A stretch of DNA of 20,000 nucleotides from an uncultured virus (IMG/VR IMGVR_UViG_3300035515_000418). Taxonomy: Duplodnaviria; Heunggongvirae; Uroviricota; Caudoviricetes. This document shows, one piece after another, positions 9,820 through 15,989 of this stretch. Each line of letters starts with the position of its first letter. The first letter of the stretch is position 1. Under the pieces are notes generated by a model. It did no database searches. It had not been told where the DNA came from and worked only from the letters and a program-made list of their open reading frames with translations. Both the position numbers and the translations under genes were made by a program. The stretch is from IMG/VR virus record IMGVR_UViG_3300035515_000418; one strand, given 5' to 3'.

Positions 9820-9890
9820 CACTCCTTAGTCTAATGAATAAGACACCACCCTTTCAGTAGAAGTGCTGGGTTCAATTCCCGCAGGAGTGG
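9820..9890 (+). pseudogene. degenerate tRNA-Glu(UUC)
   Basis: Acceptor CACTCCT/AGGAGTG and D-stem GTCT/AGAC are intact and CTTTCA is present. The 3' anticodon stem no longer pairs with CCACC, the D-loop GG is lost, and the T-stem is bulged. Confidence 0.75.
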
Positions 9891-9893
9891 CTA

Positions 9894-9971
9894 TGATACT
9901 GGTATACAAACAGCAATTACACTTATTATGAAACTTTTAACTTCTGAATAATTAAGTATACTGTAGTATCA
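9894..9971 (+). ncRNA. unnamed structured RNA, copy 1 (bulged terminal helix + ACAGCAA + Lys-type anticodon loop CUUUUAA)
   Basis: TGATACT-GGTATAC pairs with GTATACT-[GT bulge]-AGTATCA; internal hairpin TTATT..GAA-A-CTTTTAA-C-TTC..AATAA; homologous to 10111-10198. Confidence 0.7.
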
Positions 9972-10038
9972 AAAATAATCAAATAAGAAAGGAAGTAATC
10001 ATATGGAATCAGACTTTAAGCCACGATTTAAGAACAAA

Positions 10039-10111
10039 GGCATGTAAGCTAACTCGGTAGAAGCGACGGATTGAAGCTCCGTAGGAATTGGTTCGACACC
10101 AATACATGCCA
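10039..10111 (+). tRNA. tRNA-Phe(GAA), non-canonical (A8, G37)
   Basis: Acceptor GGCATGT/ACATGCC, anticodon arm ACGGA-TTGAAGC-TCCGT, T-arm ATTGG-TTCGACA-CCAAT; no CCA. Confidence 0.9.
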
Positions 10112-10198
10112 TTAACACTGGTATACAAACAGCAACATTTAAAATAATGAATTAGTCTGATAAACTAAAAATCATAACAGTATACTGTAGTGATTAAT
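10111..10198 (+). ncRNA. unnamed structured RNA, copy 2 (bulged terminal helix + ACAGCAA + Ile-type anticodon arm CUGAUAA)
   Basis: ATTAA-CACT-GGTATAC pairs with GTATACT-[GT bulge]-AGTG-A-TTAAT; internal perfect 5-bp stem/7-nt loop TTAGT-CTGATAA-ACTAA. Confidence 0.72.
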
Positions 10199-10261
10199 AA
10201 TGAAAATAAAGTAATTGGTCTAATTATAAGGCTTGGTTACGAAAGGAAAGTGAAATTTTTT

Positions 10262-10672
10262 ATGAAATATTTGACAGGTGTTTTTGCACTGAACATTGAA
10301 GATAATCTTGAGACATGTGGTGACTGGCATACCAGTGCATTAGATTGGAATAAGATTAAACTAGTAGAAAGTGATGACAGTATATTTAAAGATTATGGCA
10401 TTGAGTCAAATAAGAGTATACCAGAGCATGATGAGCTATACAATGTAGCAAATACACTTAGAGCTGTATTAGATTTAATGGTAAATAAGCAAACACGGTA
10501 TTTGAAAGGGTTCAGAAATGATTTCTTTTGTACAGACAAATATAATGATGAGTTCTTTTCAAAAGTAATTCAGCTAAGAAATTTGGATAATTGGGAAGAA
10601 ATAAATCATTTAATGAAATATGAGTTCTTTTTCAAATGGGATGATTACATTAAGGAGTATGATTCAAAATGA
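10262..10672 (+). CDS. putative antitoxin/partner of the AbiEii-type nucleotidyltransferase
   Basis: AAAGGA RBS-like tract before ATG 10262 (MKYLTGVFALN...TCGDWH). Its stop overlaps the toxin start (ATGA), the usual type IV TA layout. The antitoxin role is inferred from position. Confidence 0.65.
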   Translation: MKYLTGVFALNIEDNLETCGDWHTSALDWNKIKLVESDDSIFKDYGIESNKSIPEHDELYNVANTLRAVLDLMVNKQTRYLKGFRNDFFCTDKYNDEFFSKVIQLRNLDNWEEINHLMKYEFFFKWDDYIKEYDSK

Positions 10673-11303
10673 CTGAATGGAGAATAATGCATGGTGAAAT
10701 AATAAAGAATTTTCTGTTATGGTTAAATCAGCATAGTAGCAAATTTGTATTAAAAGGTGGTACATCTTGATGATGTGTTACGGATTGACACGATTTTCAG
10801 AGGACATATATTTAGATGGATTTGACAAATCATCTTTCTCTAAAATAATAGATACTTTTGTAAATGTTTTTCACAAAAGTATTCTGAAATAACTTACAGA
10901 AAGGTCAAAGATACAGATACTGTAAAAAGAGCCTTCATTCATTAGGGGGGGTGAAAAACCTCTAAAGATAGAAGTCTCTTATAGAAAAAGAGAGCTAAAT
11001 CCAGCAGAGTGTTGCATGATGAAAGGAATATTAGTCTATAGCATAAACGAAATATTTTTAATGAAATTAAATGCTTTCAGTGGTAGAGATAAAATAAGAG
11101 ACTTATATGATGTAAAGTTTATATATTTGCATTATAAGCAAAATTTGAATCCACAGTCTATATCAGTTTTAAGAAATGCTCTAGCTTATAAGGGTGTGGA
11201 ACAATTTGATTACTTAGTAAAAAATCAACATGATGAATTGACAGATAATGAACAACTTTCTGAAAATTTCTTAACAATGTATTTTGATATAGGGCTATGT
11301 TAG
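10669..11303 (+). pseudogene. AbiEii/AbiGii (DUF1814) nucleotidyltransferase toxin pseudogene
   Basis: Reassembles across frames to MTEWR...FVLKGGTS / LMMCYGLTRFSEDIYLDG... / ...KDTDTVKRAFIH* / EKPLKIEVSYR...MKLNAFSGRDKIRDLYD. Frameshifts at ~10767, ~10870 and ~10945-10951 (G7), plus TAG at 10943. Confidence 0.88.
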
Positions 11304-11319
11304 ACAAGATAGTGATAAA

Positions 11320-11400
11320 GGGTGGATAGGTAAGTGGTTAAAACGGGCAGACTGTAAATCTGTTGCTTCGGCTTCGTTGGTTCGAATCCAACTCCACCCA
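11320..11400 (+). tRNA. tRNA-Tyr(GUA)
   Basis: Acceptor GGGTGGA/TCCACCC, anticodon arm GCAGA-CTGTAAA-TCTGT, long variable arm GC-TTCG-GC, T-arm GTTGG-TTCGAAT-CCAAC; no CCA. Confidence 0.95.
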
Positions 11401-11428
11401 TTAATTAAAAGAGTGAGGAGTAAGAGTT

Positions 11429-11587
11429 ATGCAGGTTATTATGGAAAAGACAATAAATAATAAATTGGCTCAGTTGATATTGTGTGATGATAACATTACT
11501 GTTAAGACACTTTATGATGGTAAATGTATAGACTCAAGTGCCGGTAACACTTACAATAATATCAAGGATGAGAAAATGGTCAATTAA
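11429..11587 (+). CDS. 52-aa hypothetical protein
   Basis: GAGGAG RBS, ATG 11429, MQVIMEKTINNKLAQLILCDD...; fills the gap between tRNA-Tyr and the next gene. Confidence 0.55.
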   Translation: MQVIMEKTINNKLAQLILCDDNITVKTLYDGKCIDSSAGNTYNNIKDEKMVN

Positions 11588-11606
11588 TAAAATAGAGGGA
11601 TAGCTT

Positions 11607-12131
11607 ATGAATAAGGAACAATTACAAGCATACATAGATAATTCTTATTTAGAGCAGTATAATTTTGCACTAGATAAGTTTACAACAGCTTACTATACTA
11701 CAGGTTATGCCCATGACGAAAATGGTTACTACATATATGATGTTGATGAAAGACAAAACGTACATAAGCATTACAAGGCATCAGAACAAGAGTGCATAGA
11801 TGAAGTATTCGAGGATTTAAAGTTTACATTAACAAATCTTCATCAGTCTTTACCAGACTTAGATAATATAAAAGATACTTCAAGTAATAGTTCAGAGGAA
11901 TATTTTGTAAAATTGTTTAATAGTCGCAAGTCAGAGATTGAAAAATATATCTGTGATGAGTTACCAGAGTACAGAGACTCCTTTGATATATCAGAGTTAG
12001 GTGACTTGCACATAAATATGGATGCAGAGTACATATATTTTGAAAATCCTATACCTGATACGGATATGTATATAACAATAGAGTTTAATACTGAAACCAA
12101 TGAACTTTTATATATCAGCGTAGACGGTTAA
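11607..12131 (+). CDS. acidic two-domain protein, possibly immunity-protein-like (Imm59-like N-terminal half)
   Basis: GYYIYDVDERQ...SEQECIDEVFEDL resembles the Imm59 YxTDER..SEEEA pattern; linker DTSSNSS; second acidic domain ending ISVDG. Confidence 0.5.
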   Translation: MNKEQLQAYIDNSYLEQYNFALDKFTTAYYTTGYAHDENGYYIYDVDERQNVHKHYKASEQECIDEVFEDLKFTLTNLHQSLPDLDNIKDTSSNSSEEYFVKLFNSRKSEIEKYICDELPEYRDSFDISELGDLHINMDAEYIYFENPIPDTDMYITIEFNTETNELLYISVDG

Positions 12132-12174
12132 TAGAAAGATTAAAGAAATTATAAAGCATGGAGGATAATAAAAA

Positions 12175-12609
12175 ATGGCAGTATGTCTTGAATTATACAA
12201 TTACCATATCAGAGAGGCTCAGAAATTTAATAGAAAGCTTGAATCAGAATCCTATGAACATGAAGCATTTCTACAGATAGAAGCCTTTCACATAGCAAGT
12301 GCATATAATTTTATTCTAAAATCCATTTGTATTATAGAGGGCTTTGGGTTGCAATCGCGTGACACTAGTAAATTATTAGATTTCCTGAAAGAGCATAGTA
12401 AGAATAAGAACATATTAAATATAGATTTTCTACAGCAACTAGATTATGATACACAGAATTGGATTTCCGATTATAATAAGTATGGAAAAATAAGTAATGT
12501 ATGTGCTTCACAGTGCAAGTTTTATTTGCAGAGCTTAGAGGGAATAGCAGAAGCTTATAATAAAGAATACATACTTAATGAGGTTGTTATCACTGATAAA
12601 GTAGTATAA
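12175..12609 (+). CDS. degenerate HEPN-like helical protein
   Basis: AFHIASAYNFILKSICIIEGFGLQSRDTSKLL parallels the HEPN F/YHxQQAxEKxLKA...THD+..L segment, but with the conserved residues substituted; GGAGG RBS. Confidence 0.45.
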   Translation: MAVCLELYNYHIREAQKFNRKLESESYEHEAFLQIEAFHIASAYNFILKSICIIEGFGLQSRDTSKLLDFLKEHSKNKNILNIDFLQQLDYDTQNWISDYNKYGKISNVCASQCKFYLQSLEGIAEAYNKEYILNEVVITDKVV

Positions 12610-12695
12610 TACAATATCTATGATAAGAAAGGCAGTTGATTAATTTATGAAAAATATTATACAATATATAATAACATCTAATTAGTATTTAGATT

Positions 12696-12786
12696 GCAGT
12701 GGTAATGTCTAATTGGTAAGACGGCGGATTGCTAATCCGAGGAATCCAGCCAGACTGGTGTGCAGGTTCAAGTCCTGTCCACTGCG
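12696..12786 (+). tRNA. tRNA-Ser(GCU)
   Basis: Acceptor GCAGTGG/CCACTGC with G73, anticodon CGGA-TTGCTAA-TCCG, long variable arm CCAG/CTGG, T-arm GCAGG-TTCAAGT-CCTGT; two extra nt before the D-stem; no CCA. Confidence 0.88.
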
Positions 12787-12818
12787 TTACAATAAAAATG
12801 AAAGGAAGGCATAGAGCA

Positions 12819-12935
12819 ATGAAGAAAATGAATGGGAATTTAATAGCTGTACTGGCATCAGGTGTAATAATATCAGCTATTTACGGGATAGTTGTTTGTA
12901 TCAAGACACTATTCAACGAGGAAAACTTTGAATAA
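12819..12935 (+). CDS. 38-aa single-pass membrane protein
   Basis: AAAGGAAGG RBS, ATG 12819, hydrophobic LIAVLASGVIISAIYGIVVCI. The longer ORF-track start overlaps tRNA-Ser. Confidence 0.65.
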   Translation: MKKMNGNLIAVLASGVIISAIYGIVVCIKTLFNEENFE

Positions 12936-12965
12936 CAATAGGAGTTAGCAAAGTTTAATTAACTA

Positions 12966-13075
12966 CATATTTGTGAGTCGACGAACTCACCAGTAAGTTA
13001 TGATGTGTCATAACAGAGCATACTGATACTTTAGAAAGCTTGTGGGGCTCTAGAGGTAGAAATGCTCATTTTTTA
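12966..13075 (+). ncRNA. candidate multi-hairpin ncRNA / terminator region
   Basis: GTGAGT/ACTCAC, GTTATGA/TCATAAC, CAGTA/TACTG and GAGCAT/ATGCTC helices followed by a T6 run, in a non-coding gap. Confidence 0.45.
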
Positions 13076-13094
13076 ATTTCAAGAATCAGTGCTA

Positions 13095-13123
13095 TTGACA
13101 AATAAGAAAAAGTATGTTATAAT
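13095..13123 (+). promoter_or_regulatory. sigma-A promoter with extended -10
   Basis: TTGACA (13095-13100), 17 nt, TGn-TATAAT (13118-13123). Confidence 0.85.
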
Positions 13124-13158
13124 AAGGGTAATAAATAAATAGAAAAGGAATAAAGTCA

Positions 13159-13470
13159 ATGGGCATTGATAGTTTGATGAAAATCATTAATAAATCAAAT
13201 AGTAACAATTTCAAGGTAGTAAATATAAGAAAGCCACATAAATGTGGTCACTGTGGAAAACAACTAACAGTTGGAACAGAGTGTATAACAGTGAATAAAA
13301 AGTCATTACCTAGAAAGTGGTATTGTAAAGATTGTGTGGAATTACAATTAGAAATAATTGATGCACAGTGCAGATTAAACAATACAGTATTTAATGATGA
13401 AGGTGGAGCACTGGCAAATATGCAATACCTTGATGAACTGGAATCAGACTTTATAAGTAAACAAAGATAA
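13159..13470 (+). CDS. small zinc-finger protein
   Basis: RKPHKCGHC...WYCKDC, two CxxC pairs; AAAGGA RBS. Confidence 0.72.
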   Translation: MGIDSLMKIINKSNSNNFKVVNIRKPHKCGHCGKQLTVGTECITVNKKSLPRKWYCKDCVELQLEIIDAQCRLNNTVFNDEGGALANMQYLDELESDFISKQR

Positions 13471-13506
13471 GTATGGAGGTGTAGATAAACGACAAGAGGA
13501 AGAAAA

Positions 13507-13662
13507 ATGTTCAACATAGTATATATTATAATATTCACATTAGCAATAATAGTATGTATTAAAGGTTATATTGAAAGACCAGAGTTTATGATGCTATTAA
13601 TAATAGCATGGTTAATAACAAGTACAATAAAAGCAATAGTAGAACTTGTAGAAAGAAAATAA
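13507..13662 (+). CDS. 51-aa two-helix membrane protein
   Basis: AGAGGA RBS; MFNIVYIIIFTLAIIVCIKGYIERPEFMMLLIIAWLITSTIKAIVELVERK; below the ORF-track cutoff. Confidence 0.65.
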   Translation: MFNIVYIIIFTLAIIVCIKGYIERPEFMMLLIIAWLITSTIKAIVELVERK

Positions 13663-13731
13663 AGGGTGATTAGCAAAGGCTAGAATACATTTAATAAAAA
13701 GTGTTTAATGGTTCAAATCATTATTATCCTC
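13663..13731 (+). pseudogene. tRNA-like relic, identity undetermined
   Basis: Cloverleaf AGGGTGA/TTATCCT, TAGC/GCTA, AATAC/GTGTT, TAATG-GTTCAAAT-CATTA; loop sizes are non-canonical. Confidence 0.55.
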
Positions 13732-13734
13732 TGT

Positions 13735-13903
13735 ATACATTTACAGATAGTTCAAAGAAAGAATACTTTCTTGTTAGATACAGGAAAGAGACACGGATGC
13801 ACCAAATTGCTTTAATAAACTTAGTAAGTAATTGATTGATGCAGAATCAATTAAAACTCAAGCATAGTTAAAGTGAGAGTCAAGGTAATGCCTGTAAATG
13901 TAT
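13735..13903 (+). ncRNA. candidate ~170-nt structured RNA with a tRNA-like 5' half
   Basis: Closed by a perfect 12-bp helix ATACATTTACAG/CTGTAAATGTAT. Internal TA-GTTC..GAAT-A D-arm-like element, CTTTCTTG/CAGGAAAG hairpin and TAATTGATT/AATCAATTA hairpin. Confidence 0.55.
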
Positions 13904-13906
13904 CAT

Positions 13907-13980
13907 GGAGTTGGTAGCTCAATTGGCAGAGCAATGGATTGTGGTTCCATAGGTTGTGAGTTCGAGGCTCATCCAACTCC
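13907..13980 (+). tRNA. tRNA-His(GUG)
   Basis: Encoded G-1:C73, acceptor GAGTTGG/CCAACTC, anticodon arm ATGGA-TTGTGGT-TCCAT, T-arm GTGAG-TTCGAGG-CTCAT; no CCA. Confidence 0.95.
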
Positions 13981-14007
13981 CTAATAAATCAAAGGAGGCA
14001 TATAGAA

Positions 14008-14595
14008 ATGTTATACCTGTCAAAGGTGGATAAAGAAAATCATACAATAAGTATACTAGATACAAGTAAGGGAATTGAAAATCAATATAAAATGTCAGAT
14101 ATACCAAGAATAAAGAAGAGTGGAAAGCCAGTAGTAGGTATTAGTACACTGGAACCTTGCCTACCAGCTCTGACATATGGTAGAACTATACAATTATATG
14201 CAGATAAATACAATTTATTTAATAGAGATACAGCTATATTAGTTATAGAAGGTAAGTGGTATGAAAGTGACACACATCAATTTTGCTTGGAAGATTATTT
14301 AGTTGATAAAGGAACTTCTCTTAAAGAGAAATATAACTTAAGCTTAGATGATGAGTCAATTGATGGTGATATGATGAAAGTAGCAGAAATAACACATCAG
14401 ATGTTTAATGATAATGAAGCATTTGGATTTGATATATACAGTGATATGCATGGAAATAGATACCTAGCAGCTCATTTTGTAGAAAACTTAATAGCCTGTT
14501 ATGACATGATGAAACAATATGCTACAGAGAATAATTTAACATTATGCATTCATGAAGGTAATGGTAACGAGGTATTAAGGGAAGTAGTATTTTAA
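14008..14595 (+). CDS. hypothetical protein
   Basis: Perfect AAAGGAGG RBS; 195 aa. Confidence 0.82.
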   Translation: MLYLSKVDKENHTISILDTSKGIENQYKMSDIPRIKKSGKPVVGISTLEPCLPALTYGRTIQLYADKYNLFNRDTAILVIEGKWYESDTHQFCLEDYLVDKGTSLKEKYNLSLDDESIDGDMMKVAEITHQMFNDNEAFGFDIYSDMHGNRYLAAHFVENLIACYDMMKQYATENNLTLCIHEGNGNEVLREVVF

Positions 14596-14614
14596 GTTTG
14601 GAAGGTGATACAAA

Positions 14615-14953
14615 GTGGCAAGTAAGGATAACAAGAATTATCTAAAAGTAAGAACAGAATTATCTAAGATGTACAAACCATCTCAATATCAGACACTATA
14701 CAATAATCTAGTTACAGTAGCAAATAATACAGAGGATAAGGAATTAATAAGGTTTATACAGAGCTATTGTGATTCAATTAGTGAAATTCCATCTTTAGCA
14801 ATTAGAAAATTACCACAATCATTACAAAAGGCTATGAACAATTCATTAAGTGCTAGAACAGACTTAGATAATTATTGTGCAGAGATAATAACTTGCTACA
14901 AGCCAGAGTGGCAGATAATAGCAGAAAGAAAAGGTTGGGGACCTATAAATTAA
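14615..14953 (+). CDS. hypothetical helical protein
   Basis: GGAAGGTG RBS, GTG start; 112 aa. Confidence 0.75.
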   Translation: MASKDNKNYLKVRTELSKMYKPSQYQTLYNNLVTVANNTEDKELIRFIQSYCDSISEIPSLAIRKLPQSLQKAMNNSLSARTDLDNYCAEIITCYKPEWQIIAERKGWGPIN

Positions 14954-14975
14954 ATTGAAAGGTAGGAAATTTAAA

Positions 14976-15527
14976 ATGACTAGCAGTAAAAATAGAGGAA
15001 AATATTTAAGCTATTTGTTAAGGCATCATCCAGAGGAAGTTGGGTGTACATTAGATGAATATGGTTGGTGTGACGTAAATACACTGATTAGTAATTCAGA
15101 CTTTACAATTGGTGAGCTAGAAACTCTTGTATCAGAAGGTACACGATATGAATTATCAAATGACAAATCAAAAATAAGGTCATTTCATGGGCACTCAGTA
15201 CCAGGCATTATATATCAAGATGAATTAACAGAGTCAATTCCATTATATCATGGTACATCAAGAGATACATTGGAAGAAATAAAGAGAGTTGGTGCAATAT
15301 TACCAATGTCACGAGTGCAGGTACATTTATCAAAAGATATGAACAAGGCAAAAGAGGTGGGAGGCAGACATGGAAGTCCAGTGATAATAGTAATAGATAC
15401 AGAAAAAATGTTGAAAGACAATCTAAAGATATATAGTTCAGGTGATGGTGTTTATTTGACAGATTCAGTTCCAGTAGAATACTTTAAAGAAATATTAAAT
15501 AAACACTTTGAAACAGAAATAAATTAG
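14976..15527 (+). CDS. kptA: RNA:NAD 2'-phosphotransferase (KptA/Tpt1)
   Basis: LSYLLRHHP, LDEYGW, TRYEL, KIRSFHGHS, LYHGTS, LPMSRVQVHLS, VGGRHG and VYLTDSVP motifs; the R-H-R-R catalytic set appears intact. Confidence 0.93.
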   Translation: MTSSKNRGKYLSYLLRHHPEEVGCTLDEYGWCDVNTLISNSDFTIGELETLVSEGTRYELSNDKSKIRSFHGHSVPGIIYQDELTESIPLYHGTSRDTLEEIKRVGAILPMSRVQVHLSKDMNKAKEVGGRHGSPVIIVIDTEKMLKDNLKIYSSGDGVYLTDSVPVEYFKEILNKHFETEIN

Positions 15528-15546
15528 AAAAAAGAGGAAAATAATC

Positions 15547-15963
15547 ATGGAAGAGGCATTAAGAAATTTAATCAAGCAGTCAATGTTAGCAAAGGACAAG
15601 AGTAAAAACACACTATACAAGAATATTCTTGAAAGTGCTCAGAAATCAGCCAAAGAGAAAAGGCAAGAATTAAGTGATACTTATATAATTTTAGCAGTTA
15701 AGAAAGAAATAAAGCAGATGCAGGATTTATTAAGTTATTGCAAAGAAGGAACAGACAGATACACTGAAACTTCTGAAAATATCAAGCTTGCAAGTGAATT
15801 ATTACCAAGGGCAGTAGATAATGATACAGTAAGGAAATTCTTAGTAGAGGAAAATTTAGATAAGAACATGGGTGTTTGTATGAAAGCTCTTAAGACTAAA
15901 TTTGATGACACACTTGATAGTAAATCAGCTAGTCAAATAGTAAAAGATTACATTTCAAAGTAA
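15547..15963 (+). CDS. GatB/YqeY domain protein
   Basis: IKQSMLAKDK...VKKEIKQMQD...ELLP...KNMGVCMKALK...DSKSASQIVK, the typical YqeY pattern. Confidence 0.85.
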   Translation: MEEALRNLIKQSMLAKDKSKNTLYKNILESAQKSAKEKRQELSDTYIILAVKKEIKQMQDLLSYCKEGTDRYTETSENIKLASELLPRAVDNDTVRKFLVEENLDKNMGVCMKALKTKFDDTLDSKSASQIVKDYISK

Positions 15964-15989
15964 AAATGGTTAAAGGGATAGATAGATAG

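Noticed and set aside
9898..10191. CRISPR mini-array or att-site reading of the ACTGGTATACAAACAGCAA repeats
   Set aside because: Only two units, each bipartite and self-pairing, separated by a tRNA, with no cas or integrase gene in the window; an RNA motif fits better.
11016..11303. Stand-alone 95-aa gene
   Set aside because: It is the C-terminal fragment of the frameshifted AbiEii gene and has no convincing RBS.
12729..12818. N-terminal extension of the ORF at 12729
   Set aside because: Overlaps tRNA-Ser; the RBS supports ATG 12819. Similar over-extended starts were trimmed at 6593, 6867, 10190, 14955, 16196, 17291 and 18183.
10004..13453. 15-bp match TGGAATCAGACTTTA at 10004 and 13439
   Set aside because: A single short match with no extension; plausible by chance in AT-rich DNA.
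13735..13903. tmRNA or group I intron interpretation of the 170-nt element
   Set aside because: No alanine-type acceptor/T-arm end or tag frame, and no recognisable group I core motifs; it is also short for either.
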